From contig CP102982.1 in the NCBI GenBank assembly GCA_030849285.1, positions 180,001-212,000 of the forward strand: a stretch of DNA of 32,000 nucleotides, in the 5' to 3' direction. The DNA is from Candidatus Saccharimonadota bacterium (GTDB lineage Bacteria > Pseudomonadota > Gammaproteobacteria > Enterobacterales > Enterobacteriaceae_A). A program made the translations under genes and the position numbers. Each line of letters starts with the position of its first letter. Positions within the stretch are counted from its first letter, which is position 1. The notes beneath the pieces are model-generated. The model did no database searches, had not been told where the DNA came from, and saw only the letters and a program-made list of their open reading frames with translations. This document shows, in pieces, positions 20,255 to 30,996 of the stretch.

Positions 20255-21064
20255 ATGGGTCGATATAAAAAATTATTTAAAAATTTAAATAATAAAAAAC
20301 AAGGTGCTTTTATTCCATTTTTAATATTAGGAGATCCTAATTTTGAAATATCAATTGAAATAATTAAATTTTTAATTTTAAATGGTGCTGATGCACTTGA
20401 ATTAGGAATACCATTTTCTGACCCCTTAGCAGATGGTGTAATTATTCAAAATTCAATATTACGTTCTTTTAAATCTAAAATTACACTTAAAAAATGCTTT
20501 GAAATTATATCTATTATTCGTAAAAAATATAATAACATTCCTATAGGTATTTTAACATATGCAAACTTAGTATTTTATAAAGGTATTAATAATTTTTACA
20601 ATAATTGTAAAAAAGCAGGAATTGATTCAATTCTTATAGCTGATTTACCTTTAGAAGAATCTAAAATATTTATTAAATTTTCTATTATTTATAATATAAA
20701 ACAAGTTTTTATTTGCCCACCTAATTCCAATAATAAATTATTATTTAAAATATCTAATAATAGTAAGGGTTATGTTTATTTATTATCACGTTCTGGAATT
20801 ACAGGAACTGAAAAAAAAATAATAAAACCTGATACTTATATAGTTAATAAATTAATTAAATATAATTCCCCTCCTATTATACAAGGTTTTGGTATTTTTA
20901 AACCTTCTCAAGTTCGTTATGCTATTAAAATAGGTATCTCTGGTATAATATCAGGTTCTGCTATAATTAAAATTATAGAGCAAAATCAAAATAATTTAAC
21001 TATAATGTTTAAAAAATTAAATAAATTTATTAAAATAATGAAAAAATCGACTTTTTATAACTAA
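20255..21064 (+). CDS. trpA: Tryptophan synthase alpha chain
   Basis: 269 aa. It contains GAFIPFLILGDP, ELGIPFSDPLADG and YLLSRSGITG. Confidence 0.95.
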   Translation: MGRYKKLFKNLNNKKQGAFIPFLILGDPNFEISIEIIKFLILNGADALELGIPFSDPLADGVIIQNSILRSFKSKITLKKCFEIISIIRKKYNNIPIGILTYANLVFYKGINNFYNNCKKAGIDSILIADLPLEESKIFIKFSIIYNIKQVFICPPNSNNKLLFKISNNSKGYVYLLSRSGITGTEKKIIKPDTYIVNKLIKYNSPPIIQGFGIFKPSQVRYAIKIGISGIISGSAIIKIIEQNQNNLTIMFKKLNKFIKIMKKSTFYN

Positions 21065-21074
21065 TTTATTTATA

Positions 21075-22076
21075 TTATTTTATTAAATTAATTTTTTTTT
21101 TAATTTTATTTAAATTTCTTTTTGCAATTTTTCTTGCTTTAATAGTACCATCATATATTATATCTTTTAAAAAAGATTTTTTATTTCTAATATTATAATA
21201 ATTTTCTTGTATTCTTTCTATAAAAAAAGATAAAATTTTTGATGTTTCATATTTTAGATCACTATACATTTTTCCATTAAATTTTTTTTCTATTTCATTT
21301 ATTTTATTTCCAGTTAAACTCGAAAAAATATTTAATATATTTGAAATACCAGGTTTATTTATAATATCATATTTAATATTATAATTTTTATCAGAATCAG
21401 TTTTTGCTAACTTTATTTTTTTTAAAATATTTTGTTTTTTTTCTAACAAATAAATAACATTATTATAATTACCATCAGATTTAGACATTTTTTTATTTGG
21501 TTCTTGTAAAGATAATATTTTACCTCCATATTTCAATATACATGGTTTAGGAATATTAAATATATTTCCATAAATATTATTAAATCTATTAGCGATATTT
21601 CTGCATAATTCAATATGTTGTTTTTGATCATTACCTATAGGTACATAAGATGTTTTATATAATAAAATATCAGATGCCATTAAAACTGGATATATAAAAA
21701 TTCCAGAATTTATATTTTTAAAATTATATTTTATTAATTTATTTTTAAATTGTGTCATTCGTTTTAATTCTCCATAATAAGTATAACTATTTAATATCCA
21801 ACTTAATTGTGTATGTTCTAAAATATTAGATTGTATAAATATAATACTTTTTTTTGGATTAACACCGCATGCTAAATATAATGATAAGGTATCCAAAATA
21901 GTATCATTTAAATTAAAATTTATTTTATTAACAGTTATTGTATGTAAATCTACAATGCAAAAAATACAAGTATATTTTTTTTGCATTTTAACCCATTGTT
22001 TTATTACACCTATATAATTACCGATTGTTAATTTTCCTGATGGTTGAATTCCACTAAATACAATTTTTTTTTTCAT
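21075..22076 (-). CDS. trpS: Tryptophan--tRNA ligase
   Basis: 333 aa. It has the class I pattern (GIQPSGKLTIGNYIG) and a KMSKS motif (KKMSKSD). Confidence 0.94.
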   Translation of the reverse strand: MKKKIVFSGIQPSGKLTIGNYIGVIKQWVKMQKKYTCIFCIVDLHTITVNKINFNLNDTILDTLSLYLACGVNPKKSIIFIQSNILEHTQLSWILNSYTYYGELKRMTQFKNKLIKYNFKNINSGIFIYPVLMASDILLYKTSYVPIGNDQKQHIELCRNIANRFNNIYGNIFNIPKPCILKYGGKILSLQEPNKKMSKSDGNYNNVIYLLEKKQNILKKIKLAKTDSDKNYNIKYDIINKPGISNILNIFSSLTGNKINEIEKKFNGKMYSDLKYETSKILSFFIERIQENYYNIRNKKSFLKDIIYDGTIKARKIAKRNLNKIKKKINLIK

Positions 22077-22191
22077 ATTTACTCTATATAAATATTATAA
22101 AATAATATTTAATATATTATATTTTAAAAAAAATTAAAATTAAAAAATTTTTTAAAAAAACAATTTTAATAAAATATATTTATTTTAAAAA

Positions 22192-22476
22192 TTATATAAT
22201 TAAAAAATCAATATGAATAATTTTTGGTTTAAATGAATGCCATTGAATATCATGAATTTTAACTTTTATTTTTTTTTTATTAATATTTATAATTAAGGGT
22301 TTAATATAAAAAATTTTATTAAATTCAATATTTTTAATATCTTTATTTTTAATTTCAATATTTAAATTTTTTTTTTTTTTTCCATAAATAATAGCGGGGA
22401 ATTTATTTTTTAAACGTAAACGTCTACTTGAACCTTTACCTACTAATTTACGATTTATTCCATTAATTATAAACAT
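22192..22476 (-). CDS. rplY: 50S ribosomal protein L25
   Basis: 94 aa. [20 protein letters not shown]...KPKIIHIDF matches E. coli L25 ([20 protein letters not shown]...KPKLQHIDF). Confidence 0.9.
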   Translation of the reverse strand: [94 protein letters not shown]

Positions 22477-22623
22477 TAATTTATTATTTTAAATATTTTA
22501 AATTATTTTATATAAAATATAAAATTTATTATTTAATATTTTTATAATATTTTAAGGATTAAATTTAAATTTAAATTTAAATAAAATAATTAATTATACT
22601 TTAATAATATATATAAATTAATA

Positions 22624-23493
22624 TTAATTTTTAAAATTTATTAACGCTTTAATACGATCATCTAAAGATGGGTGTGAATTAAAAATATTATTTAATACAT
22701 TTAATTTACCACCATTTATATAAAAGGTTATCATATTACTATTATTAATAGTTTTATAACTTATTTTAAGTCTATTAAGAGCTAAAATCATATTATTTTT
22801 ACCTACAAGTTTAGCAGCATCTGCATCAGCTCTAAATTCTCTATAACGAGAAAAACCCATTATTATTATGTTTGATAAAGAACCTAATATTATTTCTAAA
22901 CTTGTAAAAATTGTTGTTTTAATATTTTGTAAAAAATTAAATTTTTGATTATTTTTTTTTTCTTGATTACATATTAAACTTGTAATAATTTGTGATAAAA
23001 ATAAAATAAATGTATTCATTATTCCTTGTAATAACCCCATAGTTACCATATCACCATTTGAAATATGTGAAATTTCATGTGCAATTACAGCTTCAATTTC
23101 ATTTTTTTTCATATATTTTATTAAATTACTACTTAAACCTATTAATGAATTATTACTACATGGACCCGTTGCAAAAGCATTTATATCATTAGATTTATAT
23201 ATAATTACTTCTGGCATTTTTATTTTTTTTTTTTTTGAAATATTTAAAATAGTTTTCATTATCCATATTTCATTTTTATTAATTGGTTTTATAATTATTT
23301 TCCCATTTATTGAATTTAAAATTATTAACTTTGAAAGTAAAATTGATATAATTGATCCTGCAAAACCAAATATAATCATTATAAACAATGAAATTTGATT
23401 AACATTATCTTTCAAACCTAATAATTTTAATAAAAATCCAAAAATAACTACTACTAATAAGTTTGTTAAAGTAAGTAATAAAATTCGACTCAT
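22624..23493 (-). CDS. htpX: Membrane zinc metalloprotease HtpX
   Basis: 289 aa. The motifs VIAHEISHISNGDMVTMGLLQG and SRYREFRADA are collinear with E. coli HtpX. Confidence 0.92.
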   Translation of the reverse strand: MSRILLLTLTNLLVVVIFGFLLKLLGLKDNVNQISLFIMIIFGFAGSIISILLSKLIILNSINGKIIIKPINKNEIWIMKTILNISKKKKIKMPEVIIYKSNDINAFATGPCSNNSLIGLSSNLIKYMKKNEIEAVIAHEISHISNGDMVTMGLLQGIMNTFILFLSQIITSLICNQEKKNNQKFNFLQNIKTTIFTSLEIILGSLSNIIIMGFSRYREFRADADAAKLVGKNNMILALNRLKISYKTINNSNMITFYINGGKLNVLNNIFNSHPSLDDRIKALINFKN

Positions 23494-23781
23494 TTTTTTT
23501 CCTTTTAAATATTTATAAATTAATAATAATTTATAAAATAAATTATTTTTAAATTTAATTTAATTAGTTTATAATATAATATATTTTAAAAATAATTTCA
23601 AATATTTTTTATAAATATTATAAAATACTTTTAAATTATAAGTATTAAATAAAAATTTAATTTATTTTAATAAATTTACAATATTATAAATATTTATAAT
23701 AATATTTAATTATGTATTTAAATTATACTTATTAGTTTTAAAATATTAAATATAAATTAAAATAAACTGTTTATTTAAAAT

Positions 23782-23856
23782 ATGCCCTTAGCTCAGTTTG
23801 GATAGAGCAACAACCTTCTAAGTTGTATGTCACAGGTTCAATTCCTGTAGGGCATA
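23782..23856 (+). tRNA. argU: tRNA-Arg (anticodon UCU)
   Basis: ATGCCCTTAGCTCAGTTTGGATAGAGCAACAACCTTCTAAGTTGTATGTCACAGGTTCAATTCCTGTAGGGCATA resembles E. coli argU. The acceptor is ATGCCCT/AGGGCAT. No CCA is encoded. Confidence 0.9.
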
Positions 23857-23972
23857 ATTTTATATTATTTATATTTAATATAATTAAATAAGTATTTTAA
23901 TTTATAATTAAATTTTTTATAAATAAATAATTTTTATAAAATTATATTCATTAAATATTTGGGAATTTATAA

Positions 23973-24845
23973 ATGAAAAATAAAATCAAAAAAAATATAT
24001 TATTATTATTAGTTTTTTTTTTGATAACATTAATTTTAATTTTTTTTAGTAGTGCACCTATATTTTTAATAAAACCTAAGGGAGATATAAGTTTATTAGA
24101 AAAAAAACTTATACTTACATCAATTTTATTAATGTTAATAATTATAGCACCTGTATTATTTTTAACTATATTATTTTTTAATAAATATAAAAATATAAAT
24201 AAAAATAAATATAATCCAAATTGGTGTAATTCCAATAAAATTGAATTTTTAATATGGATAATTCCTATAAGTATTATTTTTATACTTGGATTAATAACAT
24301 TTAAAACAACATATGAACTTGATCCTTATAAAAATATAATTAATTTTAATAAACCAATTAAAATTGAAGTTATTTCTTTAGATTGGAAATGGTTATTTAT
24401 TTACCCTGAAGAAAATATTGCTACTATAAATGAAATATATTTTCCTAAAAATACTCCTATTGATTTTAAAATAACATCAAATTCAGTAATGAATTCATTT
24501 TTCATACCAAAATTAGGTAGTCAAATTTATTCAATGGCTGGAATGAAAAGTAAATTGCATTTAATTAGTAATGAATCTGGAAATTATGAAGGATTTTCAA
24601 GTAATTTTAGTGGTAAAGGTTTTTCTGGTATGAAATTTAATGTTGTTGTAACTGAAAATAATTATGATTTTTATAAATGGATAAAATTAATTAAAAATTC
24701 AAAAAATTCTATTTTAACATATGAAAAATTTAATTTTATAAATAAACAAAGTGAAAATAATTCAATTGAATATTTTTCAAAAGTTAAAAAAAATTTATTT
24801 AATAAAATAATATCAAATTTTGATAATAAAATAAATAAATTTTAA
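23973..24845 (+). CDS. cyoA: Cytochrome bo3 ubiquinol oxidase subunit II
   Basis: 290 aa. WKWLFIYPEENIATINEIYFP and TSNSVMNSFFIPKLGSQIYSMAGM are collinear with E. coli CyoA. Confidence 0.95.
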   Translation: MKNKIKKNILLLLVFFLITLILIFFSSAPIFLIKPKGDISLLEKKLILTSILLMLIIIAPVLFLTILFFNKYKNINKNKYNPNWCNSNKIEFLIWIIPISIIFILGLITFKTTYELDPYKNIINFNKPIKIEVISLDWKWLFIYPEENIATINEIYFPKNTPIDFKITSNSVMNSFFIPKLGSQIYSMAGMKSKLHLISNESGNYEGFSSNFSGKGFSGMKFNVVVTENNYDFYKWIKLIKNSKNSILTYEKFNFINKQSENNSIEYFSKVKKNLFNKIISNFDNKINKF

Positions 24846-24881
24846 ATATATAAAATTTATAATAATTTAAAGGAATATTTT

Positions 24882-26855
24882 ATGTTTGGTAAATTAACAA
24901 TTAATGATATACCAATACATGAACCAATTATAATGTATACTATATTTATAGTTTTTATTTTATTTTTAATAACTATATTTAGTATAACATATTTTAAAAA
25001 ATGGAAATGGTTATGGAATGAATATTTAATATCTTTAGATCATAAAAAAATTGGAATTATGTATATTATAATGGCAATTATTATGTTTATAAGAGGTTTT
25101 ATAGATGCTTTAATGATGCGTACTCAACAAACTATTGTATCTTCTGGAAAGCCGGGATTTTTAACATCAAATCATTATAATCAAATTTTTACAGCTCATG
25201 GCGTTATTATGATTTTTTTTATGGCTATGCCTTTTATAATTGGATTTATGAATTTAATTATACCTTTACAAATAGGAGCGCGTGATCTAGCTTTTCCGTT
25301 TTTAAATTCTCTTAGTTTTTGGTTATTTTTTGTAAGTACATTATTAATAAATATATCCTTAGGTATTGGAGAATTTGCACAAACTGGATGGTTGGCTTAT
25401 CCACCTTTATCAAATAAACAATATAGTCCTGGTGTTGGAGTTGATTACTGGATTTGGAGTTTACAAATTTCTGGAATAGGAACATTATTAACTGGTATAA
25501 ATTTTATAGTAACAATATTAAAAATGAGAGCTCCAGGTATGTCTTTAATGAAAATGCCTATTTTTACTTGGACAACTTTATGTAGTAATATATTAATTGT
25601 ATTATCATTTCCTATTCTTACAGTTACTATATTATTATTAACTTTAGATAGATATTTAAACACACATTTTTTTACTAATGATATGGGGGGAAATATTATG
25701 ATGTATATAAATTTAATTTGGGCATGGGGTCACCCAGAAGTATATATATTAATGTTACCTGCATTTGGGATTTTTTCTGAAATAACTGCAACATTTTCAA
25801 AAAAAAAACTTTTTGGTTACAAATCTTTAGTATTAGCTACTATTTCTATAACTATATTATCATTTATGGTATGGTTACACCATTTTTTTACTATGGGTGC
25901 TGGTGCTAATGTTAATTCTTTTTTCGGTATAACTACAATGATTATAGCTATTCCAACAGGTGTTAAAATATTTAATTGGATTTTTACAATGTATAAAGGA
26001 AATATTAAATATAATTCAGCTATGTTATGGACAATAGGTTTTATTGTTTCATTTTCAATTGGTGGAATGAGTGGTGTTTTACTATCTGTACCAGGTGCTG
26101 ATTTTTATCTTCATAATAGTTTATTTTTAATTGCTCATTTTCATAATGTAATTATTGGTGGTGTTGTTTTTGGATGTTTTGCTGGTATTACTTATTGGTT
26201 TCCTAAATTTTTTGGTTTTAAATTAAATGAAAAATGGGGTATTCGCGCATTTTGGTATTGGATTTTTGGTCTTTTTATAGCATTCCTTCCATTATATGCA
26301 TTAGGTTTTATGGGTATGACACGTAGATTAAGTCAAAATATAAATTTAAACTTTCATACACTTTTAACTATTTCTACTATTGGAACTATAATAATTTTAA
26401 TTGGTATTATTTGTCAAGTTATTCAATTTTATGTAAGTATTCATAATAAAAAAAAAAATCTCGACATTACAGGTGATCCATGGAATGGTAGAACATTAGA
26501 ATGGTTTACTTCTTCTCCACCTAAAATTTATAATTTTGCTATAATACCTAAAGTTAAAAATATTGATGCGTTTTGGGATATTAAAAATAAAAAATTAAAT
26601 TATAAAAATAAAGAATATAAATCAATTAAAATTCCTAATAACTCATGTATTGGTCTTATAATAAGTATATTTACTTTAATATTTGGTTTTTCAATGGTTT
26701 GGTATATTTGGTGGTTATCTATAATATGTATAATTAGTATTATTTTAATATTAATAATTAAAAGTTTTAATATTATAGAACATTATGAAATATCTAATGA
26801 TAATATTATTAAAAACGAAAGGGAATTTTTAAAAGCAGGTAAATATGATAAATAA
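24882..26855 (+). CDS. cyoB: Cytochrome bo3 ubiquinol oxidase subunit I
   Basis: 657 aa. It has heme-copper oxidase motifs ([27 protein letters not shown]). Confidence 0.97.
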   Translation: MFGKLTINDIPIHEPIIMYTIFIVFILFLITIFSITYFKKWKWLWNEYLISLDHKKIGIMYIIMAIIMFIRGFIDALMMRTQQTIVSSGKPGFLTSNHYNQIFTAHGVIMIFFMAMPFIIGFMNLIIPLQIGARDLAFPFLNSLSFWLFFVSTLLINISLGIGEFAQTGWLAYPPLSNKQYSPGVGVDYWIWSLQISGIGTLLTGINFIVTILKMRAPGMSLMKMPIFTWTTLCSNILIVLSFPILTVTILLLTLDRYLNTHFFTNDMGGNIMMYINLIWAWGHPEVYILMLPAFGIFSEITATFSKKKLFGYKSLVLATISITILSFMVWLHHFFTMGAGANVNSFFGITTMIIAIPTGVKIFNWIFTMYKGNIKYNSAMLWTIGFIVSFSIGGMSGVLLSVPGADFYLHNSLFLIAHFHNVIIGGVVFGCFAGITYWFPKFFGFKLNEKWGIRAFWYWIFGLFIAFLPLYALGFMGMTRRLSQNINLNFHTLLTISTIGTIIILIGIICQVIQFYVSIHNKKKNLDITGDPWNGRTLEWFTSSPPKIYNFAIIPKVKNIDAFWDIKNKKLNYKNKEYKSIKIPNNSCIGLIISIFTLIFGFSMVWYIWWLSIICIISIILILIIKSFNIIEHYEISNDNIIKNEREFLKAGKYDK

Positions 26856-27453
26856 TATTAAAAAATTTTCTTTAAAAAATAAAAGTAAGGGCATAAATTT
26901 TAAAAATATTTTAGGTTTCTGGATTTACATTATGAGTGATTGTATTTTATTTGCCAGTTTATTTGCTACATATATTGTTTTAATTAATAATAAAACAAAT
27001 AATTTAATATATAAAGAAATATTTAATTTAAAAAATGTTTTTATCGAAACAATAATATTACTTTTTAGTGCTTTTACATATGGTATAGCAATATCAAAAA
27101 TTAATTACAAAAATATAAAATATATTAATAACTGGTTATTTTTAACTTTTATATTAGGTGTTCTTTTTTTAATTTTTGAATTTAATGAATTAAATAGTTT
27201 TATTAAAAATAATTTAAATTCAAATTATAATGCTTATATATCAAGTTTTTTTTCAATTATTTTAACTCATGGTATTCATGTTTTTGTAGGTTTAATTTGG
27301 ATTTTAACTATTATTATTAATTTAAATAAATATGGTTTAAATTCAATTAATAAAACACGTTTAATATGTTTAAGTTTATTTTGGCATTTTTTAGATATTA
27401 TATGGATCTGTGTTTTTACTTTTATATATCTTTTAGGTTATATTTATTTATGA
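26845..27453 (+). CDS. cyoC: Cytochrome bo3 ubiquinol oxidase subunit III
   Basis: 202 aa and polytopic. Its position and length match CyoC. It overlaps cyoB by 11 nt and ends in TGA. Confidence 0.88.
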   Translation: MINNIKKFSLKNKSKGINFKNILGFWIYIMSDCILFASLFATYIVLINNKTNNLIYKEIFNLKNVFIETIILLFSAFTYGIAISKINYKNIKYINNWLFLTFILGVLFLIFEFNELNSFIKNNLNSNYNAYISSFFSIILTHGIHVFVGLIWILTIIINLNKYGLNSINKTRLICLSLFWHFLDIIWICVFTFIYLLGYIYL

Positions 27454-27788
27454 ATTATTTAATTAATAATAAAAATAATAAAAATTATAAATTTTATTCT
27501 GTTAAAAATTATTTTAATGGATTTATAATTGCTATTTTATTAACAATAATCCCATTTATATTAGTAAAATTTAAACTTTTAAATAATAAAATAAGTACAT
27601 TTATAATTATTATAGTATCAATTTTACAAATAATTGTTCATTTTAAATTTTTTTTACATTTAAATACATCAAATCAAGAAAAATTTAACTTAATTATACT
27701 AATTTTAACAATAATAATAATTTTTATTCTTATATTAGGTACTTTTTGGATTATGTTTAATTTAAATAAAAATATGTTATTATTTTAA
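27450..27788 (+). CDS. cyoD: Cytochrome bo3 ubiquinol oxidase subunit IV
   Basis: I place the start at the ATG at 27450, which forms an ATGA overlap with the cyoC stop. This gives 112 aa (E. coli CyoD is 109 aa) with three hydrophobic segments. The track ORF start at 27366 lies inside cyoC. Confidence 0.78.
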   Translation: MNYLINNKNNKNYKFYSVKNYFNGFIIAILLTIIPFILVKFKLLNNKISTFIIIIVSILQIIVHFKFFLHLNTSNQEKFNLIILILTIIIIFILILGTFWIMFNLNKNMLLF

Positions 27789-27905
27789 ATTAATATTTAT
27801 TTATTAAAATAAATTGTTTTTAAATTTATTAAATAATTTTATTTTTATTTATTTTATAATAATTATTAATAATTTTATTTATATAGTATTAATTTTTAAA
27901 ATAAT

Positions 27906-29180
27906 ATGAAAAATTATAATATAATTAAAAAATTAAATGAAAGATTATTAATAAATCAAATTACAGAAGAAAAAAGGATAACAAAATTATTATTAAAAAA
28001 AAAAATTTCATTATATTGTGGTTTTGATCCAACATCAGATAGTTTACATATTGGGCATTTAATACCACTTTTATCATTAAAAAGATTTCAATTATATGGG
28101 CATAAACCTATAATATTAATTGGAGGTGCAACTAGTTTAATAGGTGACCCAAGTTTTAAAATTAATGAAAGAGAATTAAATAAAAAAAAAAATATTAATA
28201 TTTGGTCTAAAAAAATTAAAGAACAGATTAAAAAATTTTTAGATTTTAATTGTTTTTTAAATAATGCAATTATAATAAATAATTATAATTGGTTTAAAAA
28301 TATAAATATATTAGATTTTTTACGTAATATAGGAAAATTTTTTTCAGTTAATAAAATGATTAAAAAAGAATTTTTCAAACAACGTTTAAAATATGAAAAT
28401 AAAAATATTTCTTATACTGAATTTTCATATAATATATTACAAAGTTTCGATTTTCTTAAATTATATAAAAAATATAAGGTTTACTTACAAATAGGGGGTT
28501 CTGATCAATGGGGTAATATTATTACTGGTATTGATTTAATAAAACGTATTTACAAAAAAAATGTTTATGGTATAACTTTACCGCTTATTACTCAATCAAA
28601 TGGGATTAAATTTGGTAAAACAGAAAAAAACACAATTTGGTTATCTAAAAAAAAAACTAGTCCATATAAATTTTATCAATTTTGGATTAATACAAATGAT
28701 AATGATGTTTATAAATTTTTAAAATTTTTTACATTTATAAGTTTAAAAAAAATTAATGAATTAGAAAAAAAAGAAAAAAATATAAATAAAAGACCTAAAG
28801 CTCAATATATTTTAGCAAGAGAAATTACAAGAATTGTACATGGTAAAAAAGGTTTATGTGCTGCTGAACGTATTACAAAAAGTTTATTTACTGGAATTTT
28901 TAATAATATGACAAAATTTGATTTTTTACAATTAAAACAAGATAGTATGCCTATTATATATTTAAAAAAAAAAACAAGTTTAAAAAAATCTATTATAATA
29001 GCAGGATTTGTTTCTTCATATAATATTGCATATAATATTATAAAATCTAATGCAATTAGTATTAATAATAAAAAACAAATAAATCCAAATTATATTTTTA
29101 AAAATTCAGATTTTTTATACGGAATTTATACTATAATAAAAATGGGAAAAAAAAAATTTTGTTTAATTATATGGAAATAA
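27906..29180 (+). CDS. tyrS: Tyrosine--tRNA ligase
   Basis: 424 aa. It has a HIGH motif (SLHIGHLIPL), a KFGKT (KMSKS-type) motif, and a C-terminal S4-like domain. Confidence 0.95.
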   Translation: MKNYNIIKKLNERLLINQITEEKRITKLLLKKKISLYCGFDPTSDSLHIGHLIPLLSLKRFQLYGHKPIILIGGATSLIGDPSFKINERELNKKKNINIWSKKIKEQIKKFLDFNCFLNNAIIINNYNWFKNINILDFLRNIGKFFSVNKMIKKEFFKQRLKYENKNISYTEFSYNILQSFDFLKLYKKYKVYLQIGGSDQWGNIITGIDLIKRIYKKNVYGITLPLITQSNGIKFGKTEKNTIWLSKKKTSPYKFYQFWINTNDNDVYKFLKFFTFISLKKINELEKKEKNINKRPKAQYILAREITRIVHGKKGLCAAERITKSLFTGIFNNMTKFDFLQLKQDSMPIIYLKKKTSLKKSIIIAGFVSSYNIAYNIIKSNAISINNKKQINPNYIFKNSDFLYGIYTIIKMGKKKFCLIIWK

Positions 29181-29240
29181 TTTTATTTTTTTTAAAATTT
29201 AATATTATTTAATAAAATAAAATATATTAATTTTATTTTT

Positions 29241-30842
29241 TTAAATACGTTCTAAAAATTTTTCAAATTTTTTAATTTTACAACCTAATAAAGGTTTTTT
29301 AATTCCACTCCATGTTAATTTAATATTTAAAAAAAATTCACTTTTTAAAGTTAAATTAGGCATTATAGGTTTTAAATATGTTATTAAAATTTTAAATAAA
29401 TTAATACCCATTGTACATATCATATGTAATTTATTATTGTATAATTTATTTTTAAATAAATACCATGGTTTTCGAATATTAATATAAAAATTAGCTAAAT
29501 CAACTAATTTCATAATTGTATTTATAATTTTATTAAACTTTATATTTATATATAATTTAGATATATTTTTTGATTCATTTATAAAAATTTGATAAATTTT
29601 AGAGTATTTTAAAATATTAGATAATTTATTATAATAGTAATTATTAATAAATGATGAATTTCTTGAAATTAAATTTATTAATTTATTAATAATATCATTA
29701 TTTATTTTTTTAATAAAATTTTTAATATTAAATTCTATATCTTTTATAGAATTAGAAAGTTTACTAGCATAATAATAACGTAAAAAATCAGAATTTTTTT
29801 TTTCAAAATTAAAATTTATATATTTTTTTTTTTTCGATTTTGATATTTTATTTTTATTTATTGTAATATGTCCATGTATAAATAATTTTGTTGGTTTTCT
29901 TAAATTACTACCTTCTAAAATAGAAGGCCAAAAAAAATTATGAAAATATATAATATCTTTACCAATAAAATGATATAATTTAGTTTTAGAACTTATATTC
30001 CAAAATTTATCAAAATTTATTTTTTTATTATAATTACATAAAATTTTAAAAGTTCCAATATAACCTATAAGTGCATCAAACCAAACATAAAAATATTTTT
30101 TTTTCTCTTTTGGTATTTTAAATCCAAAATATGGATTATTTCTTGAAATATCCCAAAATTTATTCCCTTTTTTAAACCATTCTGATACTCTATTTAATAT
30201 ATTATTTTTAATAATTGTTAAATTTAACCAATTATTTATTTTTTTTTTAAATAAAATTAAATTTAAAAAGTAATGTTTTGTTTTTTTAATTATAGGTTTT
30301 AATTTTGTAATTACAGATTTAGGATTAATTAATTCTGTTGATTTATAAAAAGCACCACATATTTCACAATTATCACCATATTGATTATATGAATAACATT
30401 TTGGGCATTTCCCTTTAATAAAACGATCGGGTAAAAAAATTTTTTTTTTAATATCATATAATTGTTTACAATTTTTTTTGATAATATAACCATTATGTTT
30501 AAGTCTATCAAAAAATAAATTTATTAAAATTTTATTTTCTTTATTATGAGTAAAATAATATTTATCATATATAATATTAAATTTTTTAAAATCTAATATA
30601 TGTTTTTTATATGTTTTAAAAATTATATTTTCTGGAGTTTTTTTTTTTTTAATAGATTTTAACATAATAGCTGTTCCATGTGTATCATCTGAACATATAA
30701 AATATACTTTATTTCCAAATAATTTATTAAAACGAACCCATATATCTGCTTGAATATGTTCAAGTAAATGTCCAATATGAATAGAACCATTAGAATATGG
30801 AAATGCACATGTTACTATAATTTCCTTTTTATTAATTTTCAT
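29241..30842 (-). CDS. metG: Methionine--tRNA ligase, catalytic core only
   Basis: 533 aa. It contains FPYSNGSIHIGHLLEHIQADIWVRF, the zinc knuckle CPKCYSYNQYGDNCEICG, and KISKS. It ends at the point aligning to about residue 548 of E. coli MetG. Confidence 0.95.
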   Translation of the reverse strand: MKINKKEIIVTCAFPYSNGSIHIGHLLEHIQADIWVRFNKLFGNKVYFICSDDTHGTAIMLKSIKKKKTPENIIFKTYKKHILDFKKFNIIYDKYYFTHNKENKILINLFFDRLKHNGYIIKKNCKQLYDIKKKIFLPDRFIKGKCPKCYSYNQYGDNCEICGAFYKSTELINPKSVITKLKPIIKKTKHYFLNLILFKKKINNWLNLTIIKNNILNRVSEWFKKGNKFWDISRNNPYFGFKIPKEKKKYFYVWFDALIGYIGTFKILCNYNKKINFDKFWNISSKTKLYHFIGKDIIYFHNFFWPSILEGSNLRKPTKLFIHGHITINKNKISKSKKKKYINFNFEKKNSDFLRYYYASKLSNSIKDIEFNIKNFIKKINNDIINKLINLISRNSSFINNYYYNKLSNILKYSKIYQIFINESKNISKLYINIKFNKIINTIMKLVDLANFYINIRKPWYLFKNKLYNNKLHMICTMGINLFKILITYLKPIMPNLTLKSEFFLNIKLTWSGIKKPLLGCKIKKFEKFLERI

Positions 30843-30996
30843 AATTCCTTTGTATTTAAAAAATAAACTTTATTTTTAAAAAATTTATTTTAAAAATATA
30901 TAAAATAAATTTATGAAATAATAATTTTAAATTAATTTAAATAACTTATATTTTATAAAATATATTATTTTTAATTTTAAATATTTTAAAATTTAT

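Noticed and set aside
22561-22582. A tandem (AAATTT)n microsatellite upstream of rplY, and similar AAATTT runs elsewhere, considered as possible CRISPR or repeat arrays.
   Set aside because: There are only about 3.5 units of a 6-mer and no spacers. This matches the composition-driven simple repeats expected in A/T-only spacers.
23494-23781. The largest intergenic spacer (288 bp, htpX to tRNA-Arg), considered as a candidate ncRNA, a hidden small gene or a replication-related site.
   Set aside because: It is essentially pure A/T with no G+C-containing stems and no ORF with a ribosome-binding site. I found no DnaA-box-like (TTATCCACA-type) motif. Nothing distinguishes it from the other spacers.
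27366-27449. The 28-codon N-terminal extension of the cyoD ORF as given in the track (start at 27366).
   Set aside because: The extension lies wholly inside cyoC in another frame. The ATG at 27450 overlaps the cyoC TGA (ATGA coupling) and gives a CyoD of canonical length (112 vs 109 aa).
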